DNA of 64,000 bases from Porphyridium purpureum (Eukaryota), in contig VRMN01000001.1 in assembly GCA_008690995.1 (NCBI GenBank), positions 1,984,001 to 2,048,000 on the forward strand, in the 5' to 3' direction. This document shows positions 11,363 through 21,911 of this stretch, piece after piece. The translations under genes were made by a program, and so were the position numbers. Every line of letters begins with the position of its first letter. Positions within the stretch are counted from its first letter, which is position 1. The notes under the pieces are model-generated. The model saw nothing but the letters and a program-made list of their open reading frames with translations. It was not told where the DNA came from and searched no databases.

Positions 11363-12103
11363 CCCAGCACACACGCAGAGATCCCTCGATCCTTCTCGCC
11401 ACGATTGGCCACCACCCCACCTCCGAGATTCGCCCCTTCCCCACTTTCTTCCCATATTCTCCCACTTGCTCACTCCCGTCCAAACCATCCAAACGTCCCG
11501 TCTTTCCGGCCTCTATCAGCGACGGCCCACACGGAATCGTCACAAACGAAACCCTGGCAGGAAAATTGGTGCGTGTCGAGCTCACAGCGCATACATGTAC
11601 CACAAAGTAACGATCTTTCAGCGACACATAACGCGCTCCGCCCATCGCGCGCCTTGTGTTCAGCTGCAGCTCGCGCTGCGGAGAATCGCCGCCGCGGAAT
11701 ATCTCTCACAGGTGGGATGGCGTCCATACCAAAAACAGCCGGTTTTGATAGAAAGCGCCCGGGTTTGGGCCGAGGAAACGGGGGTGAGTGTACCCCCTTC
11801 GTCATGATGTACAGCGATTTGTGAAATGGGGCATGCATATGTCATTCTGTGTCAAACGCTTGTGAGCGCGCGGTTTTTTGGGAGCGACGCAACAGGGCAA
11901 AACGCGCATGAAACCGCTACGCGCTGTGGCCATGCGGGGTAAAGTGGCCGTCAAGCAGTGCGCGAGAGACAAGTCGGCAAGGAGCAAACGCGCGAAGACG
12001 ACTTGACTTGCCGCACGCAAATCGACGCGTACGACTTTGGCGTCCAAGCTGGGAAGATAGATTGCTCGTCTCTGCTGCCGTTTTCCTTCATTTGCTCGTG
12101 ACC

Positions 12104-12517
12104 ATGAAACGCTGTCTCTCGGACGTTTACGACGGAGCATGCAAGGAAACGGGCCGAGGCGACAAGAGCACGCACGAAATGGCCTCCAGTGCACAGAGAC
12201 TCGAAGCGGGGAGGAATTCGCGACGTTTTCAAATTCCCATGCTGCCTCACAAGCTGGAACTGCTCTGGGACGGTCACTGGTTCAGTGCGACGGCCGTTGC
12301 AAAGCAGACTGTCCCAAACCCCGTTCTCGGCGGACCTTTCGGCATGCTCCAAAAGTATGAGATCCTGTATGACGACGAGTCCACCGAGAACGTGTTCTAC
12401 GATGGCCAGATGCTGTTGTTCGATCGAGAACTCAAACAATGCATCCAGTGGCGCGTGGACAAGAATGATGTCATTGCGGAAAAGATCGCTACACGCATGC
12501 TTAAGGTTATGGCGTGA
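12104..12517 (+). CDS. Small hypothetical protein, possibly Tudor/SH3-like fold
   Basis: ELLWDGHWFSATAV...KYEILYDDESTE pattern typical of Tudor-like barrels; ATG at 12104. Confidence 0.55.
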   Translation: MKRCLSDVYDGACKETGRGDKSTHEMASSAQRLEAGRNSRRFQIPMLPHKLELLWDGHWFSATAVAKQTVPNPVLGGPFGMLQKYEILYDDESTENVFYDGQMLLFDRELKQCIQWRVDKNDVIAEKIATRMLKVMA

Positions 12518-12803
12518 GCACGTCGACTTATGCACAAAATGTTTGATGATGGCTTGCGTCGCGTCTTTGCGTGTGCATTCCTTCCGCTCAGGTGGGACAG
12601 CAGCGCAAAAGGGCGTTGGTTGACATGGTGGGAAATGCACAACGAGGCGTGTTTGCTGCGCTTGGGATGTAAAGATGCACCGTGGCTCACACTCTTGCTC
12701 GAGTCGTAATAATAGTAATAAATGATTCTGATCTTTTCTTTTGCCCGAAAAGGCAAAGCAATGTGCATACACACAGACTTATTGCCTGCATTCCACCATG
12801 CGA

Positions 12804-13514
12804 CTAGCTCCTAAAGCGCCGCAAATCACGTCCGCGCGGTGCAGGAAAGTCTGTTGACGCAGCTGCCGGGCCGACAGGAGCTGGGGCGGTGACCCCTGGA
12901 CTACTTGATGGTCCTGTGTTTTGCTCGCGCGAGACGGCGACGCCTGAGCTCAAAGCGTGCAGGGAGTTGAGAATTTCCAGCACGGACGGCTGGATTCGGG
13001 CAATCTCCATGCGCGACAAGTCATTGAACTTAAAGACGGCTCCGGCTGTATCGGCGGTGATATTCCGTCGCATTGTTGCGCGCAGCTTGTTGGCGCGCAC
13101 GTTGGTGATGTCTTCGAGCAGGAAGCGTACGCGGCGAAGGTGGGGAATATCGTCGGGCGCGCAGTGGAGGAGCACAGACGACAGCTCCAGAAACGCCGGC
13201 GGCATTGTCTGCAGCAGGTTCTTTTCGCGCTGCTCCTCCTCCAGCTTTCGTGCTAACCACGGCACCTCCATCCAGAACGGCGGCGCGATGCGGCACTTCT
13301 TCAGCTTCTTGAGGGACAGCGCAAGCCACAGCGGCACCTGCATCGGAATGCCTGCCTCAAATGGCCCATAATCGCCACAGATCAGATGCACCTGCTCGGC
13401 CATGCTAAAGTTCGGCACCATCACAACCAATTGCTCCATGGCCACGTGCTCCAGCTCCAGGTACCTTACCGCTGGTCCCCCCAAAAGCACCTCATTTTCT
13501 TCGCTGGCGTCCAT
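12804..13514 (-). CDS. PSF2: GINS complex subunit Psf2
   Basis: VPNF, LICGDYGPF..PMQVPLWLALSLKK.KKCRI.PP.WM and DDIP..VR.LLEDI..VR.NKL. Confidence 0.95.
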   Translation of the reverse strand: MDASEENEVLLGGPAVRYLELEHVAMEQLVVMVPNFSMAEQVHLICGDYGPFEAGIPMQVPLWLALSLKKLKKCRIAPPFWMEVPWLARKLEEEQREKNLLQTMPPAFLELSSVLLHCAPDDIPHLRRVRFLLEDITNVRANKLRATMRRNITADTAGAVFKFNDLSRMEIARIQPSVLEILNSLHALSSGVAVSREQNTGPSSSPGVTAPAPVGPAAASTDFPAPRGRDLRRFRS

Positions 13515-13871
13515 CGCACTTTTTCTCAAACCGACGACTGCACCAATCTACTCACCATCCCGCTCGTCTGTCCACCTCTCTTCCTCTCGCGACGTCCGAG
13601 CAAACGTCCGCTCTGGCGTCCGCTTCCGTGTCGTCACGTCTCTTGCGCTTGGCTCTCATCACACACCTTCCCTGCCCTCGATCGGCTACACGCGCCGGCT
13701 CCACCAGTTTCGCGCCAATTTTACGGATGACACAAATGTCATCTTTAAACCATTAGTGTACACCCATCAAATCGCAAGGAGTACAGCGTGAATGATTCAA
13801 GTAATGCGAGAAGGAAAGAAGGGTTTGGGAGGGGAGCTGGCTAGTTGGATCAACACGGGCACGAGAGCGTC

Positions 13872-14552
13872 ATGGACAATTTGGGGATTCTGGTGATCGA
13901 TTGTCAGAATGATTTCTGCGAGGGCGGGAGTCTGGCAGTGCCACACGCTGAACGCGCCATCGCGCAAATCAATGCGCTGCGCCGCGTGGTGCCTCGCGAC
14001 AAGGTGAGTCTCGTGGTGACTACCGCTGACTACCATCCGCCACGGCATGTCTCGTTCGCGGCGACGCACGGCGACGCGGTCGCTCCGTTCACGACAATTC
14101 AGGTTCCGGCGAGGAGATCTGACGACGCAGAGGTCCAGCGGCCGGCGCACGAGCAGATTCTGTGGCCACAGCATTGCGTGGCAGGTACGAAAGGCGCAGA
14201 CTTGCACCCGGCGCTCGAGTTAGACGGCGCCGAGCTGCTCTTTCATAAGGGTGTGGAGGAGCACGTCGACGCGTACTCGGCGTTCTTCGATAACACGCGC
14301 ACCTTGCACACAGGACTGCACGACGTCCTCAGCTCCCACAAGGTAACGCGGCTAGTGTGCGTGGGCATTGCCACAGACGTTTGCGTCTATGAAACGGTCA
14401 AGCACGCGCTAGAGTTGGGCTACCAGGTTCTCGTCGTCACGGAATGCTGCGCGGCCGTCAGCGAGGAAAACGCCCGCGCCGCTCTTGCAGATATGCAAGC
14501 GCGTGGTGCCATCGTCGTCCCCGACGCCAACGCTTTGGTCCAAACCATCTAA
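13872..14552 (+). CDS. PNC1: Nicotinamidase / pyrazinamidase (isochorismatase family)
   Basis: VIDCQNDFCEGGSL, DYHPPRHVSF, LWPQHCV, KG..VDAYSAF and GIATDVCV. Confidence 0.93.
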   Translation: MDNLGILVIDCQNDFCEGGSLAVPHAERAIAQINALRRVVPRDKVSLVVTTADYHPPRHVSFAATHGDAVAPFTTIQVPARRSDDAEVQRPAHEQILWPQHCVAGTKGADLHPALELDGAELLFHKGVEEHVDAYSAFFDNTRTLHTGLHDVLSSHKVTRLVCVGIATDVCVYETVKHALELGYQVLVVTECCAAVSEENARAALADMQARGAIVVPDANALVQTI

Positions 14553-14653
14553 ATAAAGGGTGCACAGTTGACTGCCAGTGGTGAATTTGTCGGAAGGGGG
14601 AAAGCGGGATTCGGGAGGGCCAGTGCGGGAAATCCCTTTTCGCGTGTGAGGCG

Positions 14654-14827
14654 ATGAGTGCGGTGTCCGAATTCCTGTCAGACTACGGCCCGGAAGCATA
14701 CAAGTTTGTGAAGGGGGCCGTCCTTGTGCCGTTCATGACTGGCCTGTTTTCGGGTTTCTTCGGCGAGGCGTTCAGCGTGTACAAGTTGCGAAAGACAAGC
14801 GCATCCGTGCTGGTTGCGCGGAAATAA
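14654..14827 (+). CDS. 57-aa single-pass membrane microprotein, Mim1/Tom13-like (not in the ORF track)
   Basis: Hand translation: MSAVSEFLSDYGPEAYKFVKGAVLVPFMTGLFSGFFGEAFSVYKLRKTSASVLVARK*. It has GC3-rich codons and fills the gap between PNC1 and the DHHC gene. Confidence 0.6.
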   Translation: MSAVSEFLSDYGPEAYKFVKGAVLVPFMTGLFSGFFGEAFSVYKLRKTSASVLVARK

Positions 14828-15041
14828 GACCTCTTCCGCGAGATTCAAGTGGAGATCTCTATGACCCGTGTTGCGCAGCAGCTGAAGTAGAAGAGGAGGA
14901 GGGAGATCGGTTCCGGAACGGCGCGAGCGCCCAACGTGTTGTGATTACTGCCTGGCAGGGAGGAGTTCTGTTTATGTAGAAAAGCGTCAAACATAGTTGA
15001 GCCGAAGCCGTTGGGGAGGTGAAGGTTTTCGTCGAAATCGA

Positions 15042-16142
15042 ATGCATGTAGGTGCAGAAAAATCAAAAGGCCCTCGGTCCAGGATGCTTGGCCCGTGTGG
15101 AAATGCGGTGAGGAAATTCGTGCTCGGCGATGCGCGCCTGCGGCCCATTCTGGGGTGCGCCGATGTTGTCGCATGCGCAACGCCGCTGTTCTCTCTAATC
15201 ATTGCCATTGGAGCCGGCGAGTATTTGGTGGTTTTGCGTTCGATTTGGTTCGGTCAGGGTGCAGACAGCTCCATGTCATCCGGAATCAAAAACCTCTCGA
15301 TTGCGGCATGGGCATGGATCGTGCTCTTTCAATTCCTGGTGTCCAGTATTTTTGCTTGCTTCGCTCTTTGCGTTCTGGTGGATCCGAGCGTCCGAGCGCT
15401 CGACTTGGACAACGGCTTAGAAGCAGCTCCGAGCCGGACGCCTCGCTTTTGCAGCAAGTGCTCCATACACAAGCCCCCGCGCGCGCACCACTGCAACAAG
15501 TGCGAGGCATGTGTTTTACGCATGGATCATCACTGTGCATACCTTTCCAACTGCGTGGGCCATGCCAACCTCAAGTTCTTTGTGTTGTTGCTGCTTTTTA
15601 GCGAGACTGCATGTGTCTGGAGCGTGGCCGTAAGCTGGCGTCCATTCATGCACGCCATTCGTGTGCACGACCAATTCATGGATAGCCCTTCGAAAAGCCT
15701 GCCGCCTGAGGTTTTCGCAGAGTTCAAGCACATGCCAATCCTGTTTGTATCGTTTACCGTCATCGCAGCCCTCGCCTTTGCGCTCTCTTTCTTTGTACCC
15801 TTCCATCTCTATTTGCTGTGCAAGGATCTAACGACCATTGACCTTGCCCAGGCGTACAGATCGAGAAACAGCCGCGGTGCCAGCAGTACGTCTAGCGTGG
15901 GGGGTGGAGGCAGTGTGCTGGAGAATTTGCGGCTCAACTGTGGAGATGCAGGCTGGTGGTGGTGGTGTGTGCCCGTCCGATACGGTATTCGAAGTCCTCT
16001 GGAATACGGAGTCCAAGACTACAATGTCGCTGTTGCACCCAGCGACGCGCGTGGATACACAGCCGTGACTCTCTCCGATGAGCAGAAACCCGAGAACAAC
16101 TTGCTTACTGTACCCCCTCTTGATGAAGTACAGTGCGTGTAA
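15042..16142 (+). CDS. DHHC-type protein S-palmitoyltransferase
   Basis: CSKCSIHKPPRAHHCNKCEACVLRMDHHCAYLSNCVGHANLKFF, TT motif and four hydrophobic segments; start 15042 or 15084. Confidence 0.95.
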   Translation: MHVGAEKSKGPRSRMLGPCGNAVRKFVLGDARLRPILGCADVVACATPLFSLIIAIGAGEYLVVLRSIWFGQGADSSMSSGIKNLSIAAWAWIVLFQFLVSSIFACFALCVLVDPSVRALDLDNGLEAAPSRTPRFCSKCSIHKPPRAHHCNKCEACVLRMDHHCAYLSNCVGHANLKFFVLLLLFSETACVWSVAVSWRPFMHAIRVHDQFMDSPSKSLPPEVFAEFKHMPILFVSFTVIAALAFALSFFVPFHLYLLCKDLTTIDLAQAYRSRNSRGASSTSSVGGGGSVLENLRLNCGDAGWWWWCVPVRYGIRSPLEYGVQDYNVAVAPSDARGYTAVTLSDEQKPENNLLTVPPLDEVQCV

Positions 16143-16375
16143 GCAAGACCCGTCCCGCGCGTTTCACGTCATATTTACCAGCATCACGTGAAGGGACCTC
16201 AAGTCGAATAGCCTGCGTGTCGTCTCTAGAATGGGATTGCCGCTCACGATAATGATGATGACCATGATGCCACGGTGCATGCGAGGATTGTGCCAACATT
16301 GATTTCGTTCGCAGCGATGTCGCACACTTGGCACCACGAGCCGTCGGTGGTCTTAGCTTCAGTCATTTCCTCGTC

Positions 16376-16382
16376 TATAAAA
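16376..16382 (+). promoter_or_regulatory. TATA box upstream of Hcp-like copy A
   Basis: TATAAAA 184 nt before ATG 16560; a matching element sits upstream of copy B. Confidence 0.5.
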
Positions 16383-16559
16383 GAGCGTGAAGTCGAATCT
16401 GGCGGATGGCTGCAACAGACATGTAATTCAAGGCGGGAAGAGGAACAGGGAAGAGGATAGTGGCTTGAACTGTTGACGTTAGGGAGTGGACATCGTGTCG
16501 GGTACTGTTTTCCTCGGATTTGCTTTCGGTCAAATATCTACCGGGCTTTGATTGCAGCC

Positions 16560-17060
16560 ATGATGCGCGCATCGCCTCTGCTGTTTACGGTTTTGGTCGG
16601 CGCTGCCTGCCTGTCTGTTGCGGACGCTGCCGTTTTTGCTTAGTACGAAGGCGTCAAAGGAGACGTGGCTGCGGAAGGCTTCGTCGGTTGGATTCCAGTG
16701 CAGCCGGCTTTAGTGACCTCTGTGCAGGGCCCATATCAGCTCACGTTCAAATCAAGTGCCGAGGCTATGCGCTTAGTACAGTACATGGTGCAGACGACGC
16801 CGCTGGAAGAGGTGGTGATCGAATTTTATCCGGACGAAGGAGGGTGCACAAGGCTGCCTTATCTTCGCTACAAGCTGAAGAGCGTTCCGGTGACGAGCTA
16901 CTTGTCGTCTGCGGGGACATCTGGATTGCCGACTGAAGAGGTTGCGTTCCTGTACGACGAGATCGAGGGCACCTTTTTGGAAGCCGACGCGGCGTGCTCT
17001 GAAGCGAAGCCGCAGGAGGCGTTCTTTGTCCGTTGTGATCGTTCCACTTCGACACGTTAG
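16560..17060 (+). pseudogene. Secreted Hcp (T6SS tube protein)-like gene, copy A, with in-frame TAG at 16641-16643
   Basis: MMRASPLLFTVLVGAACLSVADA-AVFA*YEGVKGD..GWIPV..PYLRYKLKSVPVTSY..PTEEVAFLY. It is collinear with copy B, and the TAG replaces the Lys (AAG) of AYIKFDG. Confidence 0.75.
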
Positions 17061-17679
17061 ATTATCTCAGTTTTGAAAAGGCGCCGCACCAATTGACCCT
17101 CGCCACTTGCCACTCGAACATAAAGCATTCCGCGTGGAGTTGTCAAAACAAGCCTGACCATTGACGAGCAGAAAGGTCCAGGTCCGTTTGTCACACAGAA
17201 ACACGCGAAGCCGCACTTGCCCGAGACCGGCACGTCCACGTGAATTGAAATGGCGTAAACTAACAGTACTTATCACTGTACTTTCGGAAAGGCAGACGTT
17301 TTGATTCTTGCTGACCGTGGCACACACGACACGCATTACACGAGATACGCAGCGTGAGATGCTGCAGCTCGCTTGCTGCCACGCTGCGAACATTACAGGG
17401 TCCGACACATCCGTGGCATCAATCACGACACGTACGCAAGCAAGCAAGCCACGAACTCGTCCACTCAAAGGTATTCGACTGCGCGATTCCCACGGTGGAT
17501 TGCGAAGGCTCGGTTCAAAAACCAGCCAGACCGTAGATAAAGAATTTGGGGCACGGCAAGCAGGCTACGGCGCCCTCTGGTGCCTTTTGCCTGGCATGCA
17601 AGCGTGCCAACACTGGCCCGCGCAGACGATGTCAGTTCCATTACACCTCGGGAACCAACAGCTGAGCCCACAAATCTCC

Positions 17680-17686
17680 TATAAAA
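17680..17686 (+). promoter_or_regulatory. TATA box upstream of Hcp-like copy B
   Basis: TATAAAA 170 nt before ATG 17850. Confidence 0.5.
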
Positions 17687-17849
17687 GGACATCGTGTCCC
17701 CAACGCTGCGCCTCGACTCGGTCTTTGATCGAAAGGCACGACATCAAAAGAAGAACAAGCCAGAGAGGATCGAGCAAAAGACGGAGGCATCGAAGAAAAT
17801 CGAGTAGTCCTGAGACGGCCAGGGCCTACGCGTCCACTCTTTGAAAATC

Positions 17850-18353
17850 ATGCGTGCATCGATCGTGGGAATTCTCGTGCTGCTTTGCGCGGTCTGCGTG
17901 TCGTGTGTGCACGCCGCGGCTTACATAAAGTTCGATGGAGTTGATGGAGAGTCTACGTCGAGCGACGACCCTCACAAAGAATGGATTCCAATCTTGTCTT
18001 CGTCCTTGACATCCGTGCAGGGACCTTTCCGGCTTTCGTTTCTTGCAAGTGCGAAAACCATGCGTCTGGTGCAGCATTTGGTGGCACGTGAACGTCTAAC
18101 GGAGGTGGTCATCGAGTTCGTCCAGGACGATGAGACCCCGCAGAACAAGAGCGATAACTGCGCGCTTCCGTATCTCAGGTACGAGCTCAAGGATGTACTG
18201 ATCAGCAGCTACTCTGTCTCTGGAGCAGCCTCGGGTGTGCCCACGGAGGAGGTCGCATTCAACTATGCTGTCGTTCAGGGAACATTCTATGAAGTAGATT
18301 CTGATTGCACATCTTCCAGGCCTGCCCAAGCGTTTTCCGCGATGAATCAGTGA
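17850..18353 (+). CDS. Secreted Hcp (type VI secretion tube protein)-like protein, copy B, intact
   Basis: Signal peptide MRASIVGILVLLCAVCVSCVHA, then Hcp hallmarks AYIKFDGVDGES..D.HKEWI.ILS and YLRYELKDVLISSYSVSG..PTEEVAFNY; AATAAA at 18485. Confidence 0.85.
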   Translation: MRASIVGILVLLCAVCVSCVHAAAYIKFDGVDGESTSSDDPHKEWIPILSSSLTSVQGPFRLSFLASAKTMRLVQHLVARERLTEVVIEFVQDDETPQNKSDNCALPYLRYELKDVLISSYSVSGAASGVPTEEVAFNYAVVQGTFYEVDSDCTSSRPAQAFSAMNQ

Positions 18354-18569
18354 AAACGGCCGAGCACTGTTCATTCATGGATGACACAGCCACAATATCT
18401 CACGGCATCCCTTGTGCACGCAAGCCCTAAGCGATGAGACTTCGTGAAAACCCCTGATCAAATTGAATTCCCCAATCTTCAGACAATAAAGTACGACATG
18501 TTCACTGCGCATAGAACGTTGTGGTCCTTCGACGGGCTGAAGTGCTTTGGAACAAAGAGCTTTGTGCCA

Positions 18570-20177
18570 ATGGAGCATGACTCGGCACACTCCGCACGCT
18601 CGTCGTCTGCTTCGACCTCTTCTGCGGTGGCGGCCGCGACAGTTCTAAAAGGGGAAACGTCGGCTGCAGCCGCGAGTGAGCGAGAGCTTGCGATGCAAGC
18701 CGATTTTGACGACGAAGGCGATAGCGTTGATGAAGCGCTCGTGCTGGATGAAAACTGGATTTACACACTGAGCCAACAGAGCCAGGAGGCGAAAAAAGGA
18801 GAAGAGGTCCAAAATCATGAACGAAATGAATCTGGGCAGAACGATGGTGATACAACGGACGGGGCCGCAAACACAGCCACGGTAAGGCGGACGTCGCGGA
18901 GATTTAGCGAGAAGTACACCACAGTCGCAGGGGCATCAGGCGCAAAGGGAGACCATTTGCCTCGTCAATCTTTGAGTAGCGAAGAAGCATTTGACGAGGA
19001 ATGCCTGACTGGCGAAGGGAAGCGGAAACGAGGACTTGCGTTCGAGGGTCATTTCGTGAACGGAAGGAGAAAGCATTTGTCGGCCTCCGCCTCGAAGCGA
19101 GGGAGACGGCGACCAGATACCAGCCGAGAGTTGACTTTGGAGCAGATTCGATTGGTCAACACAAAATTTGACGAGGCGTACCCAAAAAGCTCGTCAAATT
19201 CGGATCTTCTGAACAGGCTGGCGGACAGGGAGTACCAGGGAAATGGGACAGAAGAGCTGCTTAGAGTGCTAAAGAGTTGGTCAGATCGGCGCTGGGGTTT
19301 GCAGTTCAAATTTCAAAAGATGATACAGGAGTTGTACGTGACGGACGACAAAATTTTGCGGGATGGAGAGCTTCGCAAGCGGATTAAGGCTTTCAAATTC
19401 AACCATGGAGCTTTGCCAGTACCAGAAACTCTTTTGCCCTTTTACCCGGAGCATGAGTCGAAGCAGAATACTAGAAAAGCAAGGAAGAATAGAGGAGAGC
19501 CTCTCGCTGACGACGTGGTGGCATTCCGCAACGACAAGGATGACGAACGTCGCTGCTGGCGGCTTGGCGTGATTCGTCGTATTGAAATTGCAGGCTCCGT
19601 TTTGGTGCGGGACGTGTCGCCACTGTTTGCTTGTTCTGAGACAAGCTCCAAGGATGGGGAAGAGCTCGAATTTCGGGATTCTCAGGACGCAATGTCGCTC
19701 TGTGCCGCGACGCCTGCAGACCAGAACGACCAAAAGAAGCCGCCATCGCAGCGAAAGAGCCGTCGACTGTCTGGCTCTGGCCGCAGCAACAATCTGCTTG
19801 ATTTTGAAAGAGCGCTTCAGCGCGTGCGTGCAATGTCATCGAAAGAGGCCGCAGTCGAAAACGCTGGAACCACATTATGCACAGTCCCCGACGATGAGCA
19901 GCACTTGCGCGTTTTGTGTCGTGGCGGTCTGGAAACCTGGATCGGAATTTTACTGGCATGTCACAGACAGAAGCAAACCGCACTGGCGAAGAATGTCAGG
20001 CCACGAAAAAGCTTGGCGTTTGGCGACCGCGTGTGGGCGTTCTGCTCGAACCTACTTGAATCTGGTAGCTTTCATCCGGCAAAAATCGAGGACCCAACTC
20101 CAAGGAATTTGCCGTACGTGCGATTTGATGAGGACAACATGCTACGGCGCGTCCCTTTCAATGCGATATTCATGTGA
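18570..20177 (+). CDS. Hypothetical nuclear protein with an acidic/basic disordered N-terminus and a C-terminal Tudor-like domain
   Basis: Long ORF with NLS-like GKRKR. C-terminal LAFGDRVWAF..SFHPAKI..YVRFDED is Tudor-like. Start 18498 or 18570. Confidence 0.65.
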   Translation: MEHDSAHSARSSSASTSSAVAAATVLKGETSAAAASERELAMQADFDDEGDSVDEALVLDENWIYTLSQQSQEAKKGEEVQNHERNESGQNDGDTTDGAANTATVRRTSRRFSEKYTTVAGASGAKGDHLPRQSLSSEEAFDEECLTGEGKRKRGLAFEGHFVNGRRKHLSASASKRGRRRPDTSRELTLEQIRLVNTKFDEAYPKSSSNSDLLNRLADREYQGNGTEELLRVLKSWSDRRWGLQFKFQKMIQELYVTDDKILRDGELRKRIKAFKFNHGALPVPETLLPFYPEHESKQNTRKARKNRGEPLADDVVAFRNDKDDERRCWRLGVIRRIEIAGSVLVRDVSPLFACSETSSKDGEELEFRDSQDAMSLCAATPADQNDQKKPPSQRKSRRLSGSGRSNNLLDFERALQRVRAMSSKEAAVENAGTTLCTVPDDEQHLRVLCRGGLETWIGILLACHRQKQTALAKNVRPRKSLAFGDRVWAFCSNLLESGSFHPAKIEDPTPRNLPYVRFDEDNMLRRVPFNAIFM

Positions 20178-20331
20178 CTCGATGACTCAGTCTATTTTGT
20201 CCCGGGAGAAAAGTCTCCCGATGATTTTGAGCGTCAAACTATCAAAGAAAAGATCCAACCTTTGACGCAAAAACGTCATTCTCACTGCCTTTTCCAATGG
20301 ATAGCTGGAGAACGCAACGCCGCAAACGCCT

Positions 20332-21735
20332 CTACTCGGACGGATTTTTCAACAGCCGAAAGAGCCCTGCAGCCTCTCGAATGCGACTGAACTCGATACA
20401 GAACGCTTGGACCTCGACAAATAGGTCCTGCACGTGAATGTTCTTGTTTCGGATCAAGTTCTGCAGAAAGACGCTCACCAGCCTCACAAGACGGTTTTGC
20501 ATGTACTTGTCGCGGATGTTCTCGCAGCTGTGTATGCAATTACTAATATACATATGCACGAATTCAGACGGCAGGTCGACCGAGCTGATGAGGCGGTTGA
20601 CGACTTCCATGCTGTGGATACTCATGTCCATTGCCAGCAGTGCGTCCAAAAACTCACTGATGCGGTTACTACTTGACATGCGTAACATCATTTCCACCGC
20701 AATTTCCGGATTGTACTCGACCAGGTCAGGCAGCTTACTTGGAGTGAGACCAACGGTGAAGACCATGCCTGGGTCCCGCTCGAACTGGCTGGCCAGTATT
20801 TGTTGCTGTGCTGGTTGCAGCGGCGACTTGAAGGCTTTGGCCATGAGCTCGTGGATCTCTGCACCGCGTGTCTCGGCGGATGTATCGTGAGACATGTCCC
20901 AAACAGAGTCGCAAACTGGTTCCGGTTGCAGCCACATGAGCTCTGAGTCTTGGATGGGTAATAATGGTGGCACTGGCCGGATGAAGCGAGGTACAAAGTC
21001 ATCGGTGCGCAGGGAGTCCGCCCCACCCACAGCTTCCGCAAACGACGCCGGTTGGTGAAAAGAGGAAGCCTTTCCATCCTCAGGAGCTGGGATAACGTTG
21101 CTGACGAGGTGTGATGGGCGAAACCCTGATTGAAATACGGTCTGCTCCAGTCTGGCCTGAAAAGTAGCACGCAATGTGTGTATGGCATCTGAATCCGGCG
21201 TAATACTGGGCGAAACGCCCTCTACGTCTTTCGCGGCAGCAACGTGTAGCACATTGGCTAGTTGCGCGGGCGTCATTTCCATAAAGTTGCGAGGCAGAAC
21301 AGAGTGTTTCTTCTCATTCTGGTTGCCCGTCGATGGCAAAAGCGCGGCAATAAATAAGCGCTCCTCATATCTCGTTGCGCTACCAAGAGCATCAAGGAGA
21401 AGCACCGTCGCGGGTGACTTGGAGTAAACCTCCAGAGCTTCTGCGGCCTGTGTGTCAAAGACAAATTCCGCGGTCCGATGCACGGAACGTCCAGCTTTCA
21501 CCAACACTACGTTCCACAATGCAAACCACCCCAGCAACGCGGCCGATAACGGTGAGTCTCGAAGAAGCCCGAGCTGGATTATCGCAGCAATGGCGGCCGC
21601 CAGCGCGCCATCATCATGAGACGTGTGTTCGGGCCCAAAAACCGACGTGATAATCGCAAGGAATGAAGTCCCTTGAAGCACGCCCTGCCGCTCATCCAGC
21701 GCATCTAGGAGTCGAGATATCCCATTTGCGCCCAT
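20332..21735 (-). CDS. CNOT11: CCR4-NOT complex subunit 11 (DUF2363)
   Basis: [44 protein letters not shown] and [23 protein letters not shown]. Confidence 0.95.
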   Translation of the reverse strand: MGANGISRLLDALDERQGVLQGTSFLAIITSVFGPEHTSHDDGALAAAIAAIIQLGLLRDSPLSAALLGWFALWNVVLVKAGRSVHRTAEFVFDTQAAEALEVYSKSPATVLLLDALGSATRYEERLFIAALLPSTGNQNEKKHSVLPRNFMEMTPAQLANVLHVAAAKDVEGVSPSITPDSDAIHTLRATFQARLEQTVFQSGFRPSHLVSNVIPAPEDGKASSFHQPASFAEAVGGADSLRTDDFVPRFIRPVPPLLPIQDSELMWLQPEPVCDSVWDMSHDTSAETRGAEIHELMAKAFKSPLQPAQQQILASQFERDPGMVFTVGLTPSKLPDLVEYNPEIAVEMMLRMSSSNRISEFLDALLAMDMSIHSMEVVNRLISSVDLPSEFVHMYISNCIHSCENIRDKYMQNRLVRLVSVFLQNLIRNKNIHVQDLFVEVQAFCIEFSRIREAAGLFRLLKNPSE

Positions 21736-21911
21736 AATCGACTGTCTCACCTTTCCAGCGCCAATCGACACTTAGATGAACCGCCTCCCGCACCCTCACG
21801 CGACAGCCGATGAAGTGAACTTTCCCGCGATTTCAGTTCGCACCTTGTTTCTGAAGAATCGCCCGTTTTTATTCGTCATTTTGGCCTCGATCAATCTACG
21901 TGCCGTGCAGA

